From Eledone cirrhosa (lineage: Eukaryota), in contig OZ024757.1 of NCBI GenBank assembly GCA_964016885.1, forward strand, positions 28,148,001-28,212,000: a stretch of DNA of 64,000 nucleotides, in the 5' to 3' direction. Positions 29,422-42,768 of this stretch are shown in pieces (the first letter of the stretch is position 1; each line of letters begins with the position of its first letter). The notes beneath the pieces are model-generated. The model was not told the origin of the DNA, ran no database searches, and was given only the letters and a program-made list of their open reading frames with translations. The translations under genes and the position numbers were made by a program.

Positions 29422-29825
29422 GTATATGTATATATATATATGTATATATATATATGTATATATATATATGTATATGTATATATATATGTATATATGTATA
29501 TGTATATATATATGTATATATATATATATGTATATATATATATGTATATGTATATATATATGTATATATGTATATGTATATATATATGTATATATATATA
29601 TGTATGTATATATATATATATATACATATATGTATATATATATATATATATATAGGGCGGTATATATATGTGGTCAGTGTGATTGCTAATGTGTACACAC
29701 ACATATATACTTATATATACACACATTCAGGCATATATGCATGTATATATCTCTATCTATCTATCTATCTCTATATATATAGATATAGATATATATCTAT
29801 ATATTTGTCTGTCTGTGTGTGTGTG

Positions 29826-29867
<42 letters not shown>

Positions 29868-30361
29868 CGAATGTGTATATATACGTATGTATGGAAATAG
29901 CCAATTTGTATCTCGGCTTAAGTTTGTTTGTGGTGGCGCTTGGTTGAACGATCAGAAGAAATCTCTTTATATAGTTCTTCTAAATGAAGTCTTGGATATT
30001 GTAGTTTGTCTGAGCTGGTCGATAAAAAGTGATAAGTGCTGTCAAGGCCTGTTGAGAAGGTCGAGAGATCGTATTATGTCGTAGTTCGGTTAGTTTACGG
30101 TTAACAGTTCAATGAAGCCCACGAGGACTGATGACAACATTGTAGGACAATTTGGTGTCATGTATGATGTGGAGGGACTAATGCAGAATGCGTCTGTGGA
30201 GGTGGAGGTTGGCTGTTCTTCTCGGCAATGGCTTTCTGCAGTTATATAGGAAATGTCATTTGTAGGCGACGGGAGTTCAATAAAACATTTTTTTATTGTT
30301 GTTGTTGTTCTTTGTAAACATTTAAAATCTAAAGTCTGTCTTAAGCCATTTAAGGTTTGTT

Positions 30362-30590
30362 AGGCCTTTGCTTATCCCGGTTTCATGACGTGAAGCAACT
30401 GAGAGTACAAGGCTTTCCTCTGGACAGGACGCCAGTCCATCGCAGGGTTAAATCCCCAGCTAGTTCTGGTACTCATTTTTAGCTGTGTATACTGGAGCAA
30501 CATGAAATGAAGTGTTTTGCTCAAGAACACAACACGCAACCCAGCCTGGGAATCGAACCCAGGACATTATGATCGTAAGTCTGACACCTT
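30362..30590 (-). mobile_element. tRNA-headed SINE family B with an alternative 3' domain
   Basis: The minus strand has B box gggttcgattccc, the shared central domain, then aaccctgcgatggactggcgtcctgtcca. Confidence 0.7.
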
Positions 30591-30724
30591 TTGGCAGTGT
30601 TGACCACTGGTCAAACACATTCCAGCAGTGACCAACTTGTTTTATATATATATTTTCTCTCTCTGGCATTGCTAGTCTACAATAACATTATCCAATTGTT
30701 TCTTCCTCTTGTATTAATGATGAA

Positions 30725-30764
<40 letters not shown>

Positions 30765-30899
30765 GTAATGTGATGATGGTAATGTGATGATGATGATGAT
30801 GATGAGAATGATGATGAGGATGATGATGGTAATGATGATGATGATGATGATGATGAAAATGATGATGATGGTAATGAGATGATGAGGATGATGATGAGA

Positions 30900-30949
<50 letters not shown>

Positions 30950-31325
30950 AATGAGAATGATGATGATAATGATGATGGTGAAGATGACGATGACAACATT
31001 GACGACGATGATGATGATTAGAACTTCTGTCTTCCATATGACAGAATCAATATTTATATTATTATTATTATTATTATTATTTTCATTAGTTTCTTATTTT
31101 TTAATTATGTTCATTATATTTTTCTTTTTCTTTCCTTTCTTATTTTAGTGTGTAGTTATTGTTGTTGTTGTTGCTTTTGTTTCTTTATATTTTCCTCCAT
31201 ATTGTTTGATATCCAACAATTTGATATCGAAACAGCAATATCTGATATCTGAGAACATTTCATTTGCAGATTCGTGAATAAATCCATGGTAATTAAGTCT
31301 AAATGCACTTTATTGGCTTTGGGAT

Positions 31326-31401
<76 letters not shown>

Positions 31402-31438
31402 ATATATATATATATGTATATATATATGCATATATATG

Positions 31439-31473
<35 letters not shown>

Positions 31474-31621
31474 GCATATATATGTGTGTATATATATATA
31501 TATATGTATATATATATGCATATATATGTGTGTATATATATATATGCACATATATATATATATATATATATGCATATATATATGTACACATATATACATA
31601 CATATGCATATATATATACAC

Positions 31622-31678
<57 letters not shown>

Positions 31679-31939
31679 TATGTGTGTGTGTGCGTGTGTG
31701 CCTATATAGATGCATATATATATCATCATCCCTTAACGTCCATATATATATATATATATATATAAAATACAGGACAGTTCTGGTTTGGTTTGAATGTGTA
31801 TGTTTTGTTTTTGGTATTTATTAATTGTTTTTGTATAGTTCAGAAATAAATTCCTGATATGTTTGATAGCTGTTCTTGGACAATATCCAAAGTCTATTAA
31901 TATATATTTATATACTTTATATACTTGTGTCATATATAC

Positions 31940-31979
<40 letters not shown>

Positions 31980-32472
31980 ACCTGTAACTTCTGATAAAGT
32001 CCTATGGGCGCCGTAGTGACAGATTATATCTTGGGCACTAAACCTGGCGGATCCCATCCCCGCTCCATGTTTGAATACAGCCGGTTTCTTCCTAAATAGC
32101 AGAAAATGTGTGATAAAAAGGAAGTGAGGAAGAGATATAGAGGAAGAATCCCAACTCCAGTACTAGACTGGCTCATTAGTTATTGACTTCGAAATGATGA
32201 AATGTAATGTTGACCGTGGCGGGATTTGAACTCAGAAATCAGAGACGAATATCGCTAAACATTCTATCTTATGCTCTAACGATTGTATGTGTGTGTATAT
32301 ACATATATTTAAACAGACAAACATCCACACGTGTGTGTAGTCGTTAATATAAGTATATGCTTCCGGAAGCATCTCTATTTTTTTCTTATATATTATATAT
32401 CATTAATAAAAATTATATATATACATATGTATATGTATACATTATGTATACATGTATGTATATTTGTCTACC

Positions 32473-33180
<708 letters not shown>

Positions 33181-34561
33181 TAGAGTTATGTGTACGTGTG
33201 TGTGTGCGCTAAATTTTCGAAAATAAGTTTTGAAAATTATTTGAAAATAATGTATGACACTTTCAAAATATTGTGTCGTCTGCTCTTTCAAGTTAATCAT
33301 GCTGTACCTCCCACTTTGGCTAGAGTTAGTACTCTTACTTCCACTCACTCTTACCTTCATTCTCTCTCTCTCTCTCTCTCTTTCTCACTCACGTTTTTCT
33401 ACAATCACATGCAACATGGTCAGTCAATATAGCAGAAACGGCAGCTGAAATCTCTACCAAAACACATTATAGACTCTTTCATACATATATATATATTTAT
33501 TCTACCTACTAAGGATACGTTTTATTCCCGTCATATTTACAGTTAATGCCACTCGCCGGTTTTGTTTCGTTATAACTTTATTAATTGTTTCTACTTTTGG
33601 CACAAGGCCAGTAAAATTACCCAGTGTATTACTGGTACTTTATTTTATCGACCCCGTAAGGATGAAAGGCAAAGTTTATTAATAAGGAATGTTTTATAAT
33701 GAAATTTTGCAGGGATTTGTTTTCGAAGTTGAACTGGAAAAGAAATGAATTGCTCTGAACTATAGTTTATTACTATTACTTAGACATTAAGAAAGGAACA
33801 TAATACTTTCATTATTGTATTATACTTCTGTTCATTAATGTTTTCATTGCTTTCCATCAGTATTTGTATGTAGGTTAAACGTAAACTCCTGAAATGCCTT
33901 CATCGTGTTTTCTAATTCCTTGTTGATAAAGGATAATATCAATGAAGATAATATCATATATTTTATACTAGAACGTCACGTCTCACTACATTTAAGAATT
34001 GCGAAAGATAAATTAATATATATATAAATAACTTTCCTTTAAATAAAAACCAAACATTTATCAACACAACCATAGAAAAAATATACATTATTAAGAAAGC
34101 TATAAGGTAACAATATCACTAAATTGCAGTTAAGTCAACTTTATTAATATGAAGGATAGAAAGAAAAATTTAATTTTCCTATTATATTATGTAACGAAGA
34201 TGAAGCATCATCGAAACTAAGATGCTTTGATTTGGTATTGAAAATATTTTAAATTTTTCAAGGGAATTAATTATGTAAAATCCTTTTTCAGAGTTACTTC
34301 CCCTAGATATAGATGCCGTTGCTTAAAAGTTTGGATGGCTGTATTTATTGTCGGATACTAGGGGTAACATTGGCGACGGTCGTGCTGGTGGTAGCAGCGG
34401 ATACGACAGTGTTATTGTTGTTGTTGTTGGTAGTTGTGGTGGTGGTGGTGGTGATGGTGGTGGTGGTTTGGGTTCTTTATGTCTAAGTTCAAATCTCGCC
34501 GATGTCAACTTTGCATTTTATCGCTCTGAGATCAATAAAACAAAATACTAGTAAAATATTG

Positions 34562-35240
34562 GGCGATATCCAATTTTAGCTGTCTAAATGCCGCTTACTT
34601 GCTGCAGTTGCTGCTTACTTCAATGTATGAGGCTATTCCAACAAATTTACATTCCCCTTTTTTTTTTATTTATTTGCCCCTTTTTTGTTTGTTTGTTTTT
34701 TTGCGATTTATTAGCCTTTTGGGGTCACACACGCCCCCGTAGAAAGTGTGCGACCTTTCTGCCAGGGAGCACAGAGAGAGGGGGGTGCTCCCTTCTTCTC
34801 TTACCTGTACAAGCCGATATAGAGAGATGGCCCACTTACACCGGCCATTATTGCTACTTTCACCCATCTTTCATGGAATTGGCTGGGACTGAGTGCCCTT
34901 TTCGGGTGAAAGTAGCAATAATGGCCCGTGTAAGTGGGCCATCTCTCTATATCGGCTTGTACAGGTAAGAGAAGAAGGTCGCTCACTTTCTACGGGGGTG
35001 TGTGTGACCCCAAAAGGCTAATAAATCGCCAAAAAACAAACAAACAAAAAAGGGGCAAATAAAGAAATCTATGCCCCAGTGGCAAATAAATCGCATAAAA
35101 AAAAAAAAAAAAAATCTATATTTCTTTTAACGGCTAAAAAAAAGGGGGAATGTAAATTTGTTGGAATAGCCTCATACATTGAAGTAAGCAGCAACTGCAG
35201 CAAGTAAGCGGCATTTAGACAGCTAAAATTGGATATCGCC
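34562..35240. mobile_element. Fold-back non-autonomous DNA transposon (Merlin-like termini) inserted into a SINE-A copy
   Basis: Starts GGCGATATCC and ends GGATATCGCC. Perfect 8-bp TSD AAATATTG at 34554-34561 and 35241-35248. The arms pair over most of their length. The host SINE resumes after the TSD. Confidence 0.85.
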
Positions 35241-36223
35241 AAATATTGATTCGATATAATCAACTTTCTCCAGCAACATAAATTGCTGGCCTTGTACAAA
35301 AATTAAGTAGCACCGTCGATGGCGGTGGAGGTGGTGGTACTATCATTGTTGTTTTGTTCTTGATGGTGGTATTGTTAGAGATGGTGGTAGTGATATTATT
35401 GGTGCTATGTATATGAATGCGTTTATGTGTGTGTATGTGTGTGTATGTATGTGTGTATGTGTATACATTTATATATACACTCACACACAAATATATATAT
35501 ATATATATTAAGAAGAATAAAACGAAGTTTTACATTGAGGTTTTTATTGATTAGGCTCAGTTACGAAAGTTTCACAATCAGGTCTATAACATAAATATGG
35601 ATAATGAGCCACCCATCTGTGAAGAGTTCGTAACTTAAATCCATAAAAACCTCAATGTGAAATCTCGTTCTGTTCTTCTTAATATATACACACTGCCATA
35701 GCGTAGAGAGCTAATATTGGTACCTTCCTCAGTAAACCACAAATAGACTGTTATATATACTTATAGATAGATGCACACAGACATATGTATCTATATGTAC
35801 ACATGTATTTGTATATATATATAGAGAGAGAGAGTAGAGAGGTAACCAATAAACATGTATATAAATTTACACAATTTTAGTGTATGGCCATGTAAACATG
35901 CTACATATATTTCCGTGTAAAATAGAAAAATAATAAACATCTTTAATCGATTTTTAAATCTATGTGGGTTCTCATCATCGGAAGGCCCGTATATCATCTA
36001 AACAACCAAGTGGAAATATGTAACCCTTTCACTTATAATAATATCCTGAAGTGGTTTTACTAATTTCCATAATTTAGTGCCCATGTTGGTAATTAATATA
36101 TATATATATATATATATTGACGAAGTTATAATTGATATTAGCCATAAACCCATTTGCTCACATTTACTCAAAACTTGTCTCAGAGTGCTAACAAAGTGTA
36201 TATTCGTAATGTATATATATATA

Positions 36224-36483
36224 TATCATCATCATTTCATTTTACGTCTGCTTTTTCCCTGCTTGCAAGGGTAGGACGGGAACTGATGCTGGCTTGATTT
36301 CTACAGCTGGATGCCCTTCCTAACACCAACCTCATTTACAGTGAGTGCTGGGTGCTTTTTTCCCCGTGGCACCTCCACGACCACTTTGCAGTGGAATGAT
36401 ATGGACCCCAGTCCCTATCATCTCATTTCTACAGCTGAGTAAACTGGAGCAATGTGAAATAAAGTGTGTGTCTTGCTGAAGAA

Positions 36484-36490
<7 letters not shown>
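36224..36490 (-). mobile_element. SINE family B with an RTE-like (GAT)n tail
   Basis: Reverse complement of 58380-58623. Confidence 0.75.
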
Positions 36491-36534
<44 letters not shown>

Positions 36535-36578
36535 TCCATGAGATATTGACGAACGTGAGAATGAGTACTCAATAGCAA

Positions 36579-36775
36579 CCCTTTAGCATTTACATTATTC
36601 TATATTTATGGTAAAGGCTTTACCTCACATAATTATCTCACATAATATCGAATCAATGAAATTTTGATATTATTTATTTTGAGAACAATTCCTTAATATC
36701 AGTATGAGCAGCCAGTTTGAACAGAAAGAGGTGATAGAATTCTGGCTGTTTACAGCCGATTGGAATGCTAAAGGG
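36579..36775. mobile_element. piggyBac-like MITE (about 200 bp family)
   Basis: CCCTTTAGCATT...AATGCTAAAGGG termini, TTAA-flanked in sister copies. Other copies at 38566-38725, 41151-41368, 42571-42768, 56475-56694 and 59863-60084. Confidence 0.8.
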
Positions 36776-37590
36776 TTAGACATTCTTTATAATGGCTAAG
36801 TGATTAATCGTGTTACACTGGAGCTTCACCAGAGTACTGATAAGATCACTTAACAAGACTCTTGTCTGATGATCCTGTAAGTACTCAGGGGAAATTCCAG
36901 AGTAACAAGACCCATCACTTAACCATAATATGGAATATATCATTGTCATGATCATCGTTGAACATCTATTTTTCAATGCTAGCATGGGTTAGGTGAGTTG
37001 TCCCATTGTGAGACAAGTCAAATCAGATAACCGTGTCTTGCTCATACAGAACAGTTTAGATATATATACACACACACATAAATATAATGTATGAATGTAT
37101 GAAAAAAAATTAATATATAAATGCAGTGGTTGTGCACCAGCTTTTTTTAAGAAAGAAAGATGGCTAAAAATAAAGTCTGGCGGGTAGATTATCAAGTCTA
37201 GCAAGACAGGGCTGGCTGAGCTGGTGGTAGGGGTGGGTAGGTGGGTAATTTGAAGATGTGTGCAAGATAAAGAGATAGAGTTAGAGATAGAGATAGAGAG
37301 AGAAAGAGGAGATAGTAGCAGTAGGTAATCTGTGTTCTTAATTGATACTCTGTTAGGATTTAGCTAATCCTAATTCTCATGTCTTTACTGATATGTTCTT
37401 GTCAAGGGCAAGTGTAATCTGTCAGTCATTTTTTATTTTCCATCTTCAACAATAGAAAAATATTAATCCTTACAAATTATATTACACTGGGGCCATTTTC
37501 TGGCTCTCTTTCTTTCTCTCCCTCTCTCTCTTTCTCTGTCTCTCTGCTATATTCTCCCTTTCTTCTTTCTTTTCCTCTCTGCCTCTATAT

Positions 37591-37669
<79 letters not shown>

Positions 37670-39162
37670 TTCCCTTTTAATTTCTCTTTTAATTTTTCCC
37701 TCTATCCCCAGCATTGCTCTTTCTCTCTCATCATCCTCACCTGTAGCTTGTTCTTTTCTTCCTCCCCTTCACCTTCTTTTTCTTCTTCCCCTGTTTCTTT
37801 TTTCTTCTTCTTCTTCATTACCAACCCCCACACCTTTACAACATTCTCGATCCTCACACCCATCACTGTAGACCCCCTTCCTTCTGCTCCATTCATTTAA
37901 CCCACCTCCCTCCCCCACCACCTACCATTGTTCCACCTCGCCCCCCTCCCCCATATATACTCTTCCACTGACCCCTCATCGCTCCCGTCATATATGCTTC
38001 TCCTTCCCTTCTTACCGTTCAATGTAAAATAACTGTAGGGCAAGAGGCGGGGATTTAGAAAAATAAAATAATCTTTTTTTAATTTAGGCACAAGGCCAGC
38101 AATTTTGGGGAAGGGAAAGTCAATTAAATTGATCCCAATACTTTACTGATAATATATTTTTATTGATCCAGAAAAAATAAAAAGCAAAGTTGACCTCAGA
38201 GAGATTTGAACTCAGAATCTAAAGATCCAAAACAAATACTACTTAGGGTCAACACCAGCTGCGCCAATGCTCATCTCTATGATGCTGTATGTCCATGATT
38301 CCCATAAGGAAAATAGTGACTTTGGTGGGTCCTGAATCCCTGAATCCCCATCCAACAATTACTCAGAAGTTGCCTATCAAATCACAGCTCATTCACCTTC
38401 ATCATAAGGATGAAGCCATTGGCTATATCACCAGGTGATTAAGGAGACCCATCTACCTAGTTTTTAAATTAGAGTGACCCTTCATTTAAGTAGACTGCCA
38501 ACTAAGGCTAACAAGCTGTCTACCCATCTAAAAAACATTTTTACACACTATTGGTTGGTCATTAACTCTTTAGCTTTTACATTACTCTATATTTACTATA
38601 GTATTTTCATGGGAAACACTTTATCTCACATAATTATCTCACATAATATCAAATCTATGAGATTTTGATATTTGTTTTGAGAACAATACCTTAACTCAGT
38701 ATGAGCAGCCGGTTATGGCCAGGAATAATGAAGGCAGAGGCTATGTAACTGGTAAGAGTGTCAGACACATGAGTTGCAGCCAGAGTTAAGACAATTGTTA
38801 AGACAATTTAAAATCTTTCCACCATCAATTGTTAAAAAGCAAATTAAAATCATTTAATCGTCCATTCATAACATACATTACTCTTTAGTTACATACACAT
38901 CTACACATAAATACATAAACAGATGCAGACAACAGAAGGAAGGGGCTGGTGAAATGCTAGAGCGATGTCTGTTGGGTCTCTTTAGGGTTTGCCGGCTACA
39001 TAGCCTATTCGAATAATGAACTGGCTCTTAACTGGAGAAATTTAGTAGTCCAATTTCAGTGTCTCTTATGTTTGTACCTGAAGGTCGGAGAGTACAATGG
39101 CTAAAATATTGTGATTATAACCTCCAAGATTAGGGCATTAATCTGAATAAATCAGTTTATAA

Positions 39163-39520
39163 TAATTGTTTCTACTTTTGGTACAAGGCCAGCAATTACT
39201 CCAGTGCATTACTGGTGCTTTATTTTATCGACCTCCTAATGATGAAAGGCAAAGCTAACCTCAGCGGGATTTGCACTCGGAACGTAAAGGGCCGTAACTC
39301 TACATCGTGAAGCATTGTGTTCGATGCTCTACCGATACTGCTAAACCACCGCCTTTCTAATAATTGTTTCTACTTTAGGCACAAGGCCAGCAATTACCCA
39401 GTGCATTACTGGTACTTTATTTTATCGACCCCGTAAGGATGAAAGGCAAAGTTAACCTCGGCGGGATTTGAACTCAGATCGTAAGGGGACGTAACTCTAT
39501 GCTTCAAACCATGGTGTCCG
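39163..39520 (-). mobile_element. Head-to-tail SINE family A dimer
   Basis: Two consecutive reverse-complement copies, each beginning ataattgtttctac. Confidence 0.8.
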
Positions 39521-39569
39521 ATAATTCCTCATCTCAGAAATTGACACAAAAATTATACTCAGTAACCCT

Positions 39570-41035
39570 TACTATGACCACCACCGTCATCATTATATCT
39601 ATATTACTACCACCACCACCACCACACTACCACTGCAACCATTACCACAACAACAACCACAACAACTATCATCATCACCACATCTCTACCACAAAACTGT
39701 TACCACCATCATTCTACACTGTCATCATTAATTCCACCATGATCAGCACTACAATAACAACAACAATAATCACCACATCCCCACCACAAAACTGCCACCA
39801 CCACCACCATCAATATATCCTATCACCACCACCATCTCCATCATTACACATCACAAGCAACACCAATGCCATCATTACGCACCAGCATCACCCCACCACC
39901 ACCATCACCACCACCACCACCATTACCATTACACCCACCATCACCCCCTCACGCATAACCCCCCCCCCACCATTACACCCACCACTACCAACACCCCCTC
40001 ACATATACCACCACCACCACCATCACCACCACCATCACCAGTCCCCACTCCACCAATACCACCATCACCACCATCACTACCACCACCATTAGACCCACCA
40101 TCACCCTCCACCACCACCATCACCACCACCACCACTACCACCACCACTATTACACCCACCACCACCACAACCACCATTACACCCACCACCCTCACACCAT
40201 CACTGCCCCCACCATCACTATCAACACCACCATCACCACCACCATCACTACCCCCACCACCACCCCAGCACTATCAACGCCCCCACCAGTACCACCCCCA
40301 CCCCCACCCCCACCACCAACACCATCACTATCAATACCACCACCATTACACCCACCACCACCACCACCAGTACCACCACCACCATACAATGAATGACAAG
40401 ACAGGATATTATGTTTTAAATTATTACCAGGTGATTAGTGTTCAAACTGACAGCTTACTGTAACAAATGTAAATATTCCATGTTAGGGCTGTGGTGGTGG
40501 TGGTATGTGTGTGGGGGGTGGGGGGTAATGATGGTGGTGGTAGTTGTTGTTATGGTGATGGTGGTAGTTGTTGTTGTTATGGTGGTATATGTGTGAGTGG
40601 GTGGAAGTGGTGGTATGTGTGCAGCATGGTTGTGATGGTGGTGGTGGTGGTGGTTGTGTTGTTAGTAGTGATGGTTATATTGATGTTGCTGTGATAGTGG
40701 TTGCAGTGGTGGTTGTGTTGTTGCTGTTGGTGGTGGTGGTGATGTTGGTTGTGATGTTGGTGCTGCTATTTGAGTGGGATAGCGGTTATGGGTATGGTGG
40801 TAGCTGTGTAGTTATGAATGTGGTGGTGGTAGTGTTGGTGTGGTTGGTGTTCGTGGTAGTGGGTGTTCGTGGTAGTGGTGGTAGCAGCGTTAGGTTTTGG
40901 TGTGATGGTACTGATGATTGTGTGCTGGTGTTGTGATGCCTGTTGGTCTTTGTGATGGTATGTGATAATGGTATTGTTAGCAGTGGGTAGTGGAGGTCAG
41001 TTTGTTTGGGTGGTATGAATGGTTGTTGTTGTTTA
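39570..41035. repeat. (CAC/CAT)n low-complexity tract followed by a (GGT/GTT)n tract
   Basis: Degenerate trinucleotide repeats on either side of a ~100-bp unique spacer. Confidence 0.85.
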
Positions 41036-41539
41036 GCTGGTATTTGGAACATTAACCCTTTTGTTACCATATTTCCAATGAAAGACTTTGCCTCTGGCTT
41101 TCAAAGGATTTTGAAAATAATCAAGAATTTGGAGAGAGTTAGTGATATAACTAGCATTTACATTACTCTATATTTACTATTATATTTTCACGGCAAAGGC
41201 CTTACCTTACATAATTATCCCACATAATATTGAATCTATGAGATTTTGATATCATTTATTTTGAGAACAATACCTTAACATCAGTATGAGTAGCTGATTA
41301 CAGCTGGTTTGAGCAGAAAGAGGTGAGAGAATTCTGGCCAGATATGGCCAGTTTAAATGCTAAAGGATTAAGCTGGTGTTTAGAAGATAGTGTTTACAAA
41401 ATTTCTTATATAAAATTCTAATGAAAGGTCCTGTCTCTGGTTATCATATAATTTTGAAAATAATCAAGAATTTGGAGGGATTTGGTACTAACTTTCTCAT
41501 TATTAAGTTGGTATTTGGAACATACAAGTGTTGGCTGAA

Positions 41540-42090
41540 TACATACCAACCTCTACATAGCTATTCATACCTATTAAAATACACACCAACCTCTACATAG
41601 CTACACTTATGTACTAAAGTACATATGCACCTCTACATACAGTGAAGTACACACCAGAATCTACATAGATACACACACAGTAGAGTACACACCAGACTTT
41701 ACATAGCTACACATATCAACTAAAGTACACACAAACCTCTACATAGATACACATGCATACTAAAGTATGCACCAGATGTTACATGGCTACCCATACATAC
41801 TAAAGTACACACTCACCTCTACACATACAGTAAAGTACACACCAGATGCTACATAGTTACATAGCTACACACTCAGTAAACTACATACCAATCTCTAAAC
41901 ACACTTAGTAGAATACATACCAACCTCTACATAGCTACACATATCAACTAAAGTATATACACAAATCTACACACACAGTAAAGCACACACCAGACTCTAC
42001 ATAGCTACACATAGCTATTAAAGTATACACCCACCTCTACATACATCTATTAAAGTACATAGTAACTGCTGCAGACATAAACACATAGTA
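41540..42090. repeat. Degenerate ~30-40-bp minisatellite
   Basis: Repeated taaagtacacacca.ctctacatagctacac units. Confidence 0.85.
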
Positions 42091-42570
42091 AACAGATGAA
42101 AAATCGCAATCAAAATATCAATTTGTTGTTCAATATAAAATATTTCTTTTATCTTTTGTCTAATTTATTGTGTAAAGATATTGCTTGGTATTTTACTTTT
42201 GCCTTTTTGATGAAAACAAAATAAAATAAATAAAAGGAAATAAAATAATTCAAAGTAACAAACAATAAAGAACTTGTTACTTTAAAATTATTTTTTTTTT
42301 TTGTAAAAAGAAAAAATTTTAATTATCAAAAATTTAATTAACCAATGAGTTTTGTAAATGAAATCAATTTTAATGATAATCGTTGATTGAATCAATCAGT
42401 CTTTCATTTTATTGATCTCTCATCACACAAGTGAGTGTTGTGATAAGTAGAATTAGTTTCTTGACATTTTATTTATACTTTTTTGTTTGGCTTGGAAGAA
42501 GGGACAGTGCCCATGACTTTTGCAGTCTCTCTGAATCTGGTGACATTGATGTTGTTGCTGTTCCGCTTAA

Positions 42571-42768
42571 CCCTTTAGCATATAAACCGGCCATACTCAG
42601 CCATAATTCTCTCACCTCTTTCTGTTCAAATCAACCTCTCATACCGACGTTAAGATAGGGTTCTCAAAATAAATAATATCAAAATTTGATAGATTCGATA
42701 TTATGTGAGATAAAGTCTTTTCTGTGAAAATACAATAGTAAATATAGAGTAATGTGAATCCTAGAGGG
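42571..42768. mobile_element. piggyBac-like MITE copy
   Basis: TTAA-CCCTTTAGCAT start. The body is the reverse complement of 36579-36775. Confidence 0.75.

Noticed and set aside
39499-41070. His/Thr/Pro-rich and Gly/Val-rich ORFs (also at 21.8-22.2, 30.7-31.1, 60.9-61.7 and 63.0-63.5 kb)
   Set aside because: They are degenerate trinucleotide tracts open in several frames on both strands, without splice or domain support.
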